A DNA stretch of 64,000 nt. Origin: Marsupella aquatica (Eukaryota > Plantae > Marchantiophyta). Made by a program: the position numbers and the translations under genes. The notes beneath the pieces were generated by a model. The model was not told where the DNA came from. It worked only from the letters and a program-made list of their open reading frames with translations, and made no database searches. The stretch covers positions 23,817,971 to 23,881,970 of the forward strand of contig OZ316892.1 of assembly GCA_973895155.1 (NCBI GenBank), in the 5' to 3' direction. Shown here one piece after another: positions 25,467-38,600 of the stretch (positions are counted from its first letter, which is position 1; each line of letters opens with the position of its first letter).

Positions 25467-26589
25467 AAAACAAGACCTCACCTATGTCACCTGCTTATCA
25501 AACAACTAACACAACAAACACCACATGGTTCCACTAAAAATTGTTTGTATCGTATGAAGGGGACGTGGAGGGACACTATATTGATCAATTTCATACTAAG
25601 GATGAGTAGATTTGTTTCCGCTCCCGAAAATATATTTTTTGATCAAGTCTACCGACTATACATAATCTGCTTTTGATCAAGTCCCGTGGACTACCTTGCT
25701 TCTACTCCTCCTGGCCTTTGGCAAAGTGCTGTCACCACTCTCCCACTCATAGGGTCGACCAAGCCATGTAAGTTTCTCTGAATACTCATACTAGGGGAAG
25801 AACACAATCGTGCCACCAAGAGAGGGAACAACACACAAGAAGTCATGAAAATCCAACCGAATCCATATCTATTAGTGACCAAGGTAACACATTGCATGGG
25901 CAACCTGGTCTCCTACTGTCTACCCAACTCCTGCCTCACGGGACAATGAGCCTCTCCACCTCAATACTCCGGATCAATTCCCTACTCTTGTTGAAGGCTA
26001 ATCCTCAAAAAAACAACACTAGACTGAGTTCCCCCTCTAACTACTCTGGGGCTTTCCCCTTAAATACCAAAAAAACACACCAAAGCACCCCTCACGGGGC
26101 CACAACGATGGCGGCTTACGCTAGCGGCGCCGCTAAACCCTTTACTAAGAAACCCCTAAACTAAAACCATGTGGCACACACATGCTTCTAAAACCCTAAA
26201 CCCTAAACTAACAATGGGGCCAACGGTGCCTTTGACGGTGCCCCAACGTTACTCTGTGAACTGTGAAATTGTAGGGAACCCCACAATGGCCGAAACTAGG
26301 CGCCTTTCCACTTGCACTTCTGAGTTCACCCCTAGATAGCCCTCCTCCTCCTGATCATGAAGCACTCAACCGATCTTGAAACGGACATCGGACGACCAAG
26401 TTATGGCCGTTTCAGTATCCCATAAACCCAACTTTGTCAGGCCCTAACTTGCTCATCCTGGCTCCATTTGAGGAGCGCTGCCTCTTGTTGGAATCAGCTC
26501 TGCGAGCTCTTTCCAACGAGACCGTGAGTGACCCCTCACAAAAAATTTGGAAAGTCAAGGGGCCGTACAACCACGTCCGTACGACCACT

Positions 26590-28561
26590 CTAATCCTCCT
26601 CCTCTTCACTCACGGTGCCCTGGCTTGAGCCCCGTGAGTGGGCCTCCTCATCACTCTTCACTGGAGTGAGTGCCACTTCACTCCTTTTCTTCTTCACTGG
26701 GGTACTCCTTGTGCTAATGCTCCCCTGCTTCCTCAAATTGGCCAAGGCTTGCCATGCCTTAATATACCCCTCACCAATGGTGTCCTTCCATAAGGCCGCC
26801 TCTTCACCGGACTGCAACTCCAACGGTAAAACCTGCCCGGTGGCCATGGGAGTCCCAGGGGTGACAGATCGGGGTGGCATCCCCGAGGTCCCCGTGTTGA
26901 CCTGAGCTTCTCGTAACAATTTACATACCTCCCTGAGCTTCTTCTCTAAGCTCTTGCTCTTCTCTTGACTCTCCTTGGCTGCATTCAACAGGGGTCCATA
27001 CTTCCCACTGACTTCCTTCACCACCATCTTAATGGCCCTAGAGACCAAATCCGGGGAAAGTGTGGAGCTAGGTGTGCAGGGGTTCTTCCGTTTCCCCAGA
27101 CTCAAGGCCTCACTCCTCTTAGCCCTTGTCTCAAAGATCACCATTTGACTCCATAGTGCTCCCACTTGGGCTCTGAACTCCACCACTTCTCTAGAATTCT
27201 GTTTCTCTTTGGCCAATGTCTGTTTCAATACTCCAACCTCTTCCGCTTCCTTGGCCTTGGTGGACAATGCTCCCTTCAAGTTGGAGATCTCTACGTGAGC
27301 TGCTTGGAGAAGTTTAACCTTCTCATGAATGGCCTCCTCCTTGGCCTTGATTACCTCCTTCATAGACAAGGCACTCTGCTCCAAAGTCTCTACTCTAGCG
27401 GTGGCCTGCTTGAGAGAATCTCTCAATGTGTGGACTAGCTTGAGTCCCTCATGGACTCCCTCCCAGAATTCTTGTAACTCTGCCAAGTAAACATCAAGAA
27501 TGTCGTAGACCAGGGGCTCCTCCGGATCTCCCACAAGTGATTCAAGCCACTCCAATGTGGAGTCCTCATCCTGGTTTTCTTCCACTCTATTATCATCCCC
27601 AACCGCCAACGATGATCCCTCCGTTAATTTCCCCATGATGGTAGTGGCAATACTCCTGATTTCCGTGGTAAGGGATGATCCAGAGTCTTCCTGTCCCTGG
27701 GAAACAATCCACCCTTCTGCTTTGGCCAGCAAAAATGACCCCATCAAGTGTACAGCCCCACCTGGTTTCACACTCCCGGGATCGGTGTCCAATAGCTTCT
27801 TCAACCCATAGTACCACCATCCGTACACATGGGCTAGATAGTTCTTAATGTCCATAGCTACCACGAAATGCTCTCCATTCACCACCCCGGATTGCACGTT
27901 ACCAAGGACCCGTTGATGAACCTTGGCCATAAATCCCTTGTGCTCAGCATCCTTGACGACAGAAAGAGGAATGGAAGTAGTGGAGGTGGGATTAATCACC
28001 CAACCGGCCACCATTGTCAACGTGAGCTCTCCCCTTATGTTCCGAGGTATGAATGAGAATTGCTGGTTCTCCACTCGGGGGTTTCACTTCCACAAAAATG
28101 GCATATCACGTGCGACGAAGGATAGGGTCATTTTATTGGTTCTAAGGGAAGACTTAAGAATTTTTGTAGAAGAACAATAGGGTCTTTTAAATTCAATTTT
28201 GAGACTTATAAGAACATTAGGGTATTTTTAATCCAATTTTTAGAATATTCCAAGAATATTCCAACTTTATAGGGGTTAAAAAATAATTTTTTTTCTTACA
28301 TTTTAGGGGGTCCGAGGCCTAAAAACGTCGCAGGCGATGGGGAGGTCCCCATATAGTGAGACCCCTGAGGTTCTCCAAAAACAGGAGCTTAGCTAACTCC
28401 ACATGGGGCACTACCCGCTGGAGACATTCAAAGTAGATTCCTTCCGTACGTAACTCCATCCCGGCCTCAATGTTCCAACTCTTCCCCGAAGGGATTGTAA
28501 TCTCCACCTTCATGAACTCCGTGAGCCTGGTGGCTTGAAAAATATTCCTACAATCCTCCAT
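26590..28561 (-). pseudogene. Unknown coiled-coil protein (~555 aa), probably a retroelement accessory ORF, split by a MITE
   Basis: ORFs 28319-28564 and 26590-28074 join in frame (LLFLEN-QQFSF) when the MITE and one TSD are removed; long heptad-rich central region. Confidence 0.7.
28074..28369 (+). mobile_element. MITE copy 3, 8-bp TSD GTTCTCCA
   Basis: gttctcca|ctcgggggtttcact ... agtgagacccctgag|gttctcca. Confidence 0.95.
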
Positions 28562-30350
28562 CACCTTGGCGGAGGTTTTGGGATAAATTCAACGGAAAAC
28601 CTTCCTACTCACCAGTGCGCCAGTCCAGTACTCATCATAGCTTCTCTCTCTTCTCTCTCTCTTGCAATCAATGTCTCAACGTAGTCACGGTAAGCAGCCT
28701 TGTATCTCCGAACGCGTGCCGCACTAAACTCCGGTTGATCCAGCATCCATGCATCCAGAAATCAAATCCTCAATCACCAAATCCCATCACCCGTAGCAAT
28801 GTCAATTCCCTGGCCCGAAACGGCCCCCGTATCCTGATCAATCAATTACCCTCAATTCCTCAGAAGCCACTCAATGTTGCTGCCGCTAATGCCCGAAAGA
28901 ATCACGCCACCAAGTCCCACCAATCTACCATGAGAGAAAGCTTCAAAAATAATTAGAATGTGGAGAGAGCTTTCGGCAAGGTGTCGGGAGAGAGCTCGAG
29001 TTTTGCTTTTGGCAAGGAGAGGATCGTGCAAAAAAGGGAGAAAAGAAGGGAAAAAAAACACCCCGACACCTCCTTTTGCCTTGCGCCCCGGTGCCTTATT
29101 CCCTCCTCGCGGCTGCCCCTCCTTTTCCTTCCTTGCAGGGTGTGTTTAATGGTGCGCGGCCCTATGCAGGGCGCATTGCCTTTGGTGCGCCATGGTCCCG
29201 GCTTACTCGCGGGGGTCCCGGCTGCTCCCCTTATATCCCCTTATATGGCCCTCCCCAGGCCCCAATGCTCCCTACCACTCGCGGGTGGCTCCCCGCCTCG
29301 CCCGACTTGCCGGGCCATAACCACCTTGGGCACGCGGCCCTATGCCCTCCTCACTCACGGGAGCCCTAAATGCCCTGGGCACGCAGCTCTATGGGCTCGC
29401 CGCTGCTTCCTCCCGGCATGTTCTTCCTCCCGGTTGTGCTCTCCTTAGGAGGGCTTTTAAAAGAAACCCCCCCACTTCCTGTTTTGGTCCTACTCGCGGG
29501 AGCACTTAGTGCTCGGCTACTCGCGGGCTCCTAAGGGGGTTTAATCCCCCCCACTTCCTTCTCGCCATGCGCCCCGGCTGCCCTTATGGAGATGCCAGGT
29601 GGCGCCCACCGGGGCTGCCCCTTATGGACTTCTTCACTCCCTTTCCTCAATGCCCCTTTACTCCAAAAAACTTTTAACCTCTCAAAAGAACTCATTCTCT
29701 TCTTTTGGCCCTTGTTGTGGTTATACCCATTTAACCCCAAAAAGAAAAGTTAACCTCTTGGACTTATAGGGGGAACTTGACAATGGTTCAAGCGAAATGG
29801 CAAGGCCACCTATTTGCCCCCCCCCCCCCCCCTAGGTTGCCGTGACCGTTTAGAACAATTCTGAGAAGAAAATAAAATAAAGTAAAGTCCTCCTGGCAGC
29901 ACCAACTTGAAAGAATGGAATTAACTCAATTTTTTTTTTTAAAAATGGCTTATTTACAGTGGCTATTAACAATGCACAGGCCTCCGCGACCAGTTATGTG
30001 TGACTTCCCGTGACGGGGTACCCGTCACAGCGCGCATGTTGTGAGATTGGTAGACTATTTACATACAAAATAGGGAAGAAAGGATGGTACAAATCCACCC
30101 TAGAGAAAGCACAGAAATTGCTGGCTTCATGGCGAGTGAGGAGCAAAAAGGCTAAGTTTGGCAGTAATGGTTTCATCTTGGAACATTTGGCAAGTACATG
30201 ACTACATTCATACTTATTACAAGTTCATGTTGAGTACTTATCAAACTAGGTAATTTTTGAAAACTTTGTTGATAAAGATGTGTTAGTTCACAGATCTGTA
30301 CCTACATTAATTTTTTTTAACTGCATGTTTAATTTGTTGGTTAAGTATAT

Positions 30351-30616
30351 CTCGGGGGTCTCATTACATGGGGACCTCATCACCTACAATGTTTTTAGGT
30401 CTTGGACCCCCTAAAATGTAAGAAACAAAAATTTAACCCCTTAGCTAGAAAACAAAAATTGGAATAAAAAAGACCCTAATGTTCTTATAAGTATCAAAAT
30501 TGAATTTAAAAGACCCTATTGTTCTTCTGCAAAAATTCTTAAGTCTTCTCTTAGAATTGTCCAATAAATCAACTTTATCCTTTGTCACACATGATATGTC
30601 GCGTGATACCCCTGAG
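30351..30616 (-). mobile_element. MITE copy 4, 8-bp TSD AAGTATAT
   Basis: aagtatat|ctcgggggtctca ... gatacccctgag|aagtatat. Confidence 0.9.
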
Positions 30617-33244
30617 AAGTATATCAATATTGTGGTGAGTGCATACTTAGTCTCTTCTCACAGTCCAACCAATCAATGGCATGCTCAAATATGCACGTGA
30701 ATGACAACATGTTGTGTTCCTTCTAGGCAGCGGGGAGCTGGTGGATGATATTGAACATCGTGGCCCACACTGGGGTCATTGGTGGCACTATAGGTTTGAA
30801 GAAATGGTCTCACGCTATGGAAGGACAACCACAAACAACAAAGAGAATTAGCAGAACTACACCAGTTATATATCATGCTAGGCTATTCTTCACCCTGGCC
30901 AAAACCTCAATTTGAACATGGGAAGATGATGATGGCTTTCTTACTCATCAACGTGCATTGGTCACAACACACATTCACCTTAGACCTACAAGAACCCACC
31001 AGGATGAGCATGCATGTAGTGAGAGATAAACATGACTTGTCATGTCCATATATAGTGGCATGAGCGATGTATTGTTGTAGTCTCCTTGCAAGTGCAGGCT
31101 CTTTACATTTTAAAGAATCTGAGCTTCTCGCCTGAAAATTCATACTGCAAAGTTTCAATCTTGCAAATAGGAATTGGAGTTGGCATGGTCTCTAAGCAAG
31201 TGAAGAAAGTGGGCATGTCGCTTGATACAATCGATTCTTGGAGATGCATTGGGCTAAGCACAATGTGTTGATAGATTAAACAACAAAGTGACAATGAAAA
31301 GAAAAGTAACACCAAAAAAATCTGTCGTAGTGAGTGGAACAACTTTTCAGAACTGGCGGACCGTGTAGTAGTCTTGACTGATGAAGGGAACGATGCAAGC
31401 TATTGTTAGAATTGGAGGGCAATAATTAATAAATTCTTCCTTCATGAGTTCATGGGCTGCCAGGATATATTTTTTGAAGGAAGTTGATCTGGCTTACAAA
31501 AGAACCACCAATAATCTGCCAAGATATTGATAGATATTCATTATATATGGTATGCCAGACTTGTTGTTGGCAACTCCTGAGTTTTACTAGGACAACAATT
31601 GCCAGCCAGTATCTCGGTTGCTCCACAAGTTTTTGCCAATTCCAGTATCCCGTGCCAAAAGTCCGAGGAATTTGTCTGATCGAGATAGTGTACTTGGAAC
31701 TTTCTGACCGAATCGTCATCATATAGAAGATAGTGTTCTTCATATCTGCCCAACGTATCCACATACAAACAACCTTGTGAAGGTTTGATCCATTTCAAAT
31801 TTAAAGCTTTTTGTTAAATTGTTAGGCAGGTGGACAGTTCATCTACAAAAGAAGATGGACCAATGGTAGACCTGGATGATGAGGATGGAGAGACACATAC
31901 CTGTGTAGGTAGTATGTGGAAATCATGGAGGATATAACTTGCAATTTAGAGTCTGGGATTCTTGCAACAGCGGCCGGTCCCTTCAAGGGCTTGTCCAGAA
32001 TTGAGTGATCTCAATGTTCACATCTCGATCAGTTGGGTTAACAAAATACATTCTTCTCAAGGCTCAAGCTACAGCTAGGTCCACAAGGTCAATTGACAGA
32101 GGAACAAAGAGTGGTGGAACAAGTCACAGCCCGGGTACGTGGCTATTGCTGACATTGAAGGCTTGCACGATGGCCGGGTTAGACGTTATTCTGTATTCAC
32201 AAGGAGACATTCCAATAAGATGGTCTTCTCAAAATTGATAATTGATTGTTAATGTGAGTACGTACCTTAGCCAGCACAGACCTGTCTTCTCACCATGGAA
32301 ATTTTTAAATAAATTATTTAATCTGTCTCTTTAGGCCCCACTTTAGGCCTGTGCTTATGTCCTCAGCCGATTGGATGACACTTACCTAGCTTGATATGTG
32401 TACTTGACATTCCCTGTCTTTATTATTTCACAAGATATGCCCTTGAATTGCATTCCTTTTAAAGGATGGAGACATTTTGCATCTATACGTGCATGCAGTT
32501 TCAGTTGGTGATAGAAAAATGTCTATTTCTGCTTTGACTTTAAGTATATTTGCAATAATAGAAGTTGTATAGTATCCAATATGCCATCTTGGGGGGGGGG
32601 GGGGGGGGAGGGGGGAGGCAGTCACTATATGGAGGGCCATACATTGCGTGCAACATTTTACCGACATACTATCTTGTAATTAAGTAGGCCATTTAGAGCC
32701 CTTGCTTGGTCTACTTAGGAATCAATTTCACTGGATAAGTTTTATTTAAACAATTTCCCCATCACTTGCAACGTTTTTAGTTCAATCCCTATGACTATAT
32801 CCTGGGAACTTATATAGAATACCGGTATCCCGGAATTGCCTAGCTAGATAAACCAAAGCTACCAACAAGAACATCCCGCTGCTTGTCACTATTGATGCAT
32901 CGGTGGGTTCAAAACTCAGCCACACTTCCGCCACTCTCCTTAAACAACAGGTGCACATATAAGGCTTACCGGTAACTCATAGATCTCATTTTCAGTACCA
33001 TGATTCCCCTCAAACCACAGACCCACATATAAGGGTTACTGGTAACTAGTAGCTCTCATTTTCACTACACATGGAGGGATGGGAAAGAGGGTTACTTAGG
33101 GTGAGGTAAACCTTTTAAGGTGACTTCCATTTTTTTGGTACTAGGCTTCACTATTCACTGCTGGCAGGAATGAAAAGTAGCCCAACAAGGTAAGAGAGGG
33201 CCTCATATATGGGCAGGTGGTGTTTAAAATCATCAGTTAATTAG

Positions 33245-33988
33245 TCCACATGCTATTTAAGGGGATGGCGGTCAGTGACAGCTAATCCATTCATTGGTGA
33301 TGCTCTTAAAAAGGCAGGGACCCAACTAGGCAGGTAGCGGGAAGCACAAAATTGAGGGGCGTGGGTGAACCACTGCGCACATTCAAACAAGTGCCCCTTG
33401 CCCCTAGCCAGCTCTCTTTGGCTGTCTCCACTTAATCCACATGCTATTTAAGGGGATAGCGGTCAGTGACCGCTAACCCATTGCTGATGCTCTTACAAAG
33501 GCAGGAACCCGACCAGGCAGGTAGCGGGAAGCATAAAATTGAGGGGCGTGAGTGAACCACTGCCACATTTGTCAAACGAGTGCCCCTTGCCCCTAGCCAG
33601 CTCTCTTTGGCTGTCTCCACTTAATCCACATGCTATTTAAGGGGATAGCGGTCAGTGACCGCTAACCCATTGCTGATGCTCTTACAAAGGCAGGAACCCG
33701 ACCAGGCAGGTAGCAGGAAGCACAAAATTGAGGGGCGTGAGTGAACCACTGCCACATTTGTCAAACGAGTGCCCCTTGCCCCTAGCCAGCTCTCTTTGGC
33801 TGTCTCCACTTAATCCACATGCTATTTAAGGGGATAGCGGTCAGTGACCGCTAACCCATTGCTGATGCTCTTACAAAGGCAGGAACCCAACCAGGTAGGT
33901 AGTGGGAAGCACGAAATTGAGGGGCATGAGTGAACCACTGCCCACATTTGTCAAACTAGTGCCCCTAGCCAGCTCTCTTTGGCTGTCC
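33245..33988. repeat. Tandem repeat, ~189-bp unit, ~4 copies
   Basis: tccacatgctatttaaggggat starts at 33245, 33436, 33625, 33814. Confidence 0.95.
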
Positions 33989-35689
33989 CCAACTGGACAC
34001 TTTCTGTCCATGCTCTGTTGTCCACATCTGTACCCACTCTCCGCTCCATGGAACCTTGCCCTTATCCGCAGCATTAACATCATCTTCCTCGAGCGGATTT
34101 GGAGAAGAAAATCCATTGATTGCCTCCTTGTACGTGAGCGCCTTACCAAAGACTGGATTTATACCAGAGTCTGGTTGTATGTCCACCACGTTCCTCATAT
34201 TTGAAGGAGAGGATACATTGGTTTCCCCATTGAGCTCCTCGAACGTGAACACCTTACTACCGGCTTCTGGATGCACTTCCACCAGGTTCACCATAGTTAA
34301 AGAAGAGGATCCAATGGCTGCTTCATTGAGGTCCTCGTAGAATACCTCACCGGCTTCTGGATGCCTGTCCACCAGGTTCAGCGTATTCAAAGTCGAGGAT
34401 TCACTGGTTGCTTCATTATTGAGGTCCTCGGACATAAGCACCTTAACGGCTTCTGGATCCACGTCCACCAGGTGCAGCATATTTAAAGAAGAGGATCCAT
34501 GGGTTGTGTCCTTGTGCCTGTCCACCAGGTTCAGCGTATTCAAAGTCGAGGATTCACTGGTTGCTTCATTATTGAGGTCCTCGGACATAAGCACCTTAAC
34601 GGCTTCTGGATCCACGTCCACCAGGTGCAGCATATTTAAAGAAGAGGATCCATGGGTTGTGTCCTTGTGAGCTAATGTCTTCATCATCGAAAGGAACCAC
34701 GGTGGTGTGTAGAATAGTCTAGAAGTAGGCTTCAAAGCCCGGATGGCAGGGACCTTAACATCCCCGGCAAGCATTCGGACTGTGCGTCTCATAGACGGGC
34801 GATCCTGACGGTTTATTTGAGTGCAGAGCAACCCAACTTTCAACACCCTTTTCATCTGTTTAGTGTCATAGTCCGTATGTCGCTTATCCACAATACTAAG
34901 CAAATCACCTTTACTATGGGCAGACCTAACCCATTGCACAAGACCCATTTTGTGGGAACCACTTGGCAGAACCCTTCGTCCGCATGCAACCTCTAAGATC
35001 ACAACACCAAAAGCATAAACGTCGGCTTTGTCTGTGAATTGGCATTCAGAGTATACTTCTGGAGCAATGTAGCCCATGGTTCCAGCCATATTTGTTGTTG
35101 CTGCTCTCCCTTGATGATCCACCATACGAGAAATGCCAAAGTCCCCCAGCTTTGCATTCCACTCCTTGTCCAACAAAATATTAGAACATTTTATGTCTCT
35201 ATGAATGACTTGCTGGTTCAAACCATGGTGCAGATAATCCAGGCCGTCTGCAGCGCCAGTCAATATCTTGAACTTTTGTGCCCAAGACAGGCCGGCTGTT
35301 CCTTCACCCCACTTGAACAGCACGTCGTCTAGGCTTCCATTGGGTATCAGATCATAAACAAGCATGTACTCCTTTCTGGCCATATCTGCACACCATCCTG
35401 GGAGTTTAATCAAATTCCGATGGCTAAGCTGGCTTAGGATGAAAACCTCACTCTTGAACTCCTTTAATCCCTGACTGCGGGTCGCATCTTGATTCATTCT
35501 CTTGATCGCCACTTGAATACCGGACTTTAACTCTGCTTTATACACCACCCCAAATCCCCCATGCCCCAGTGTTGACTCCTCGCTGAAGCCTCTGGTGGCC
35601 TCACTCAGCTCATCGTAGCTGAATCTCTGCAGGACTCCGTCTAATTGAACTATCGGATCTTCTGCAGACAATAACAAGAAATACTTCAT
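33965..35689 (-). CDS. RLK/Pelle-family kinase (LecRK-like kinase domain) with repetitive acidic C-terminal tail
   Basis: RFSYDEL, GHGGFGVVYK, VAIK, HRDIKCSN, DFG, GTMGYIAPE, DVYAFG; true start uncertain because TTGTCTGCAG at 35662-35671 looks like a splice acceptor. Confidence 0.85.
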   Translation of the reverse strand: MKYFLLLSAEDPIVQLDGVLQRFSYDELSEATRGFSEESTLGHGGFGVVYKAELKSGIQVAIKRMNQDATRSQGLKEFKSEVFILSQLSHRNLIKLPGWCADMARKEYMLVYDLIPNGSLDDVLFKWGEGTAGLSWAQKFKILTGAADGLDYLHHGLNQQVIHRDIKCSNILLDKEWNAKLGDFGISRMVDHQGRAATTNMAGTMGYIAPEVYSECQFTDKADVYAFGVVILEVACGRRVLPSGSHKMGLVQWVRSAHSKGDLLSIVDKRHTDYDTKQMKRVLKVGLLCTQINRQDRPSMRRTVRMLAGDVKVPAIRALKPTSRLFYTPPWFLSMMKTLAHKDTTHGSSSLNMLHLVDVDPEAVKVLMSEDLNNEATSESSTLNTLNLVDRHKDTTHGSSSLNMLHLVDVDPEAVKVLMSEDLNNEATSESSTLNTLNLVDRHPEAGEVFYEDLNEAAIGSSSLTMVNLVEVHPEAGSKVFTFEELNGETNVSSPSNMRNVVDIQPDSGINPVFGKALTYKEAINGFSSPNPLEEDDVNAADKGKVPWSGEWVQMWTTEHGQKVSSWGQPKRAG

Positions 35690-38600
35690 CACAAACAGGT
35701 CGGGCCATCAGATATCATGTCGTCTATCAGAGTGTGCAGACATGTTAACTGATGCATGAGCTCATTAATATTTTTCATACCTATAAAATTTATCATGACC
35801 AACTCCTGCAGCCCATCGTGGCAGTGTGATAATCAAGCTTCCGTCGTTCCTGACTGTGTCTTCGGAGAGTCCTGTCCTAAGTATGTGGAACAACGTGACA
35901 TTGACATTGGTGATTCCACCTTGTGTTGAACTCTGAATGGAGACTATCTTTAACTGCAGAGCCCGCAGAACATTAACTGGACATGTATAACACTTATTCA
36001 TACTGCTAGAAGACCAAGGCCAATGTTCTTAGCTTAACTGTAATTCCAGAATTAGGGGGGGATGTCACGTTCCAGAATTAGGGAGGGATGTCAGTCCATT
36101 GAAGTCACAACAGAGACAGCCGAAATTAGGAACCCAACATGAAGAGTTCCCGACTTGTATTGGATGAAATCTCGAAAGAATAAGTCGTGAAGACGGGCAG
36201 ATGCGTGAGTTGAGGAGGAGAAAATTCCCCCCCCCCTGGGAGATCACATATAAGGAGTGCCTCGAGCATAATTACAATCTCATACCTCTAATTAAACGAC
36301 AAACACACTTGGAAAGACAAGCACTAGGTTCACATAATCTGAAACTCTTGGGACGCCTGGAAAAGCTGACTTGGTAACAACTCCAATTCGAAGCTCCTAA
36401 TCTAGCATTGGTTTGTGTTTAACACCATTTCAGAAAGCAAGAAGCACTGCTGCACAGTAAAAATTAAAGCCTACGTTTCAAATGTTCCTTGAAAACGTGA
36501 ACGTCAAGAAAGGTACGCCCGTGTATTATAAACAAGGCACTCACCCTGCATCTCCACTCCCGCGTCCATATCGTTGAAATTTCTCGGCTCAGACAATATA
36601 TGCTTCGCTGGTAGATGTTTTCGTCCCGATCGCTAGTATGAACGTCACCCTGCTCCCGTTCGTTCTTCGTCCCTTTTATCTCACTCCTTTCTCTCTCTGT
36701 CCAAAATTCGATGTCAAATTCAAATTGCACATAATTTCGCGCTACTCAATTAGAGTGGATGGCTCTCGGTCGCAATCACTCCAGAGTAAGCTGAAGTTAG
36801 TACGGCAATGGAGCCTAAGCAGAGAAATATGCCTTTGATCAAGCGAAACTCAAAAGACGATGAGCCTGTCAAACTGGACAGAAGGGCGAGACAGCAGGAA
36901 CGAGCCACCCACTCGGGGAGATCTAAGTCCATCTACCACTCACACAATTTCATGGTTGTAACGGACACAAACAATAATCCATAGGTTGAAAGACACACAG
37001 AATCAGAAAAACAAGGAGCTCCAGAGTGATTCCAGTTCTAACGTAATTTAAGATGCTCTAACTCTTATTCCAGAGCAGCCTTAGATTAGACCCCAAACAG
37101 ACGCAAAATTGTTATCATTATAGTACCGAGTGGCCTACGTCCTCGAGAACTCTTGTTCAAATTCAAATTTAAGCCTGGCTTCGCTAACCTTCCTCCATCA
37201 AGAGAATGATGCGCTTCGCTCTTCTCTCGACCTGTTTATTCGTTACCGAAAGCATATATTCAGCCCAAGGGAGAACTTGTCCTGCGTCCAAAGCTTTCCT
37301 TCGCGATTTCCAGAGAGTTCGCTCCCACTGCATCTATTAATTGTATCCAATCCGATTTGTCTGAAGCCTCAAAGCTATTACACGGAAGACCACTTTTGAG
37401 TGACTGGCCAGAGCACGGTCCGGTGTGTTCTGTATGTCTACGCTCTCGGCCCAGCAAGAGATGCAACACGAATGAGAAGGAGACCATCCACTGACTGAAT
37501 CGTGGGGAGCTCAGCTCAGAGTGGAGTGCAGTCAAGCTTATCGGCTCCTTTGCGATCCATCTGCAGTACGACTTCATGGAGGCTGGAGGCGCAAGCAGAT
37601 GCAATTACGCTCAAGACTGACGTTAAGTTGGAGGACATTGCCGTGGAAACACCGACCGAGTCCGAAGCACCGTTCAAGGATATAACAGAGTGCAAGCAGG
37701 TCGATTCAGAGTTGAATGGTTTGTCCGCTGTGCAGGGTTTATTACGTGAGGCCCAAGCACTCGTTCAAACGGCAAAGAGCGAGAGGCATGATATCGATAC
37801 TGCGATCCGGGACTAGAAAATAAAACTGAGAGCAGAGCTTCACACGGAAATGAAACTGTACTTTTCTGCTCGAAATGCGCTTAGAAGACAGCTGGACCGC
37901 GACCGAAATGAGCACACTATTGTCAATAACTTGAGCAGAAGTGTTGTGGAGTGTAAATGAGATGGCCAGGCAGTAGGATACTGAGGGAGTTGGCCAGTCT
38001 ACCTGGGAACTAGTCAGATTTCAAAGAGTCTCCAAGCTGGGGAAAGAGTGGTAGGTTGGGCATGGGAAAGGTACACAATCAATGGCTCCTTGCGATCCAT
38101 CTCATGCCCCATCTCAGGAAGAGGAAAAAGTGTCAGCACAATCCAGGCTTCCCGCCAGAATAACATATTGTAAACAGATCTACCTTGAGAAAGGACCGAT
38201 GGGGTTACAAACTAGAGTATTATTGTAGATGTCCATTTCTGTCTTTGAATCATATATAAGAGCAGTACACACCACTCATTTTTCTTTCATTTTCAAATTG
38301 GGTGACTTACTACCTTGCTTACTACTTTACAATGGTGTAAGAGAAGTGTACCAAAGTAAATCGGTGTCCCAGTTTATCATTTGGAATAGAAAAGATTCAA
38401 CGACAGCGTAGATATCTTCCATTCAGCTTTACTCAAACGAACCAGAAGGTGACTTGCACTATAATTAACTAAATTCCTGGCTTTAGAGAATGGGGGACAA
38501 TTTTCACCCTTTTTATTTTGGCACTTGGAGGAGATATAGAAGCAGAGAATAAACTACTATTGGGTTCGCGTGACTGAACCTACATGGCATTTGCCTTGCT

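Noticed and set aside
30700-32250. Possible decayed gene on the minus strand
   Set aside because: Peptide fragments could not be assigned to any family by eye
37502-37960. Coiled-coil-like frame with one internal stop
   Set aside because: No ATG start or recognisable homology; possibly a gene relic but unsupported
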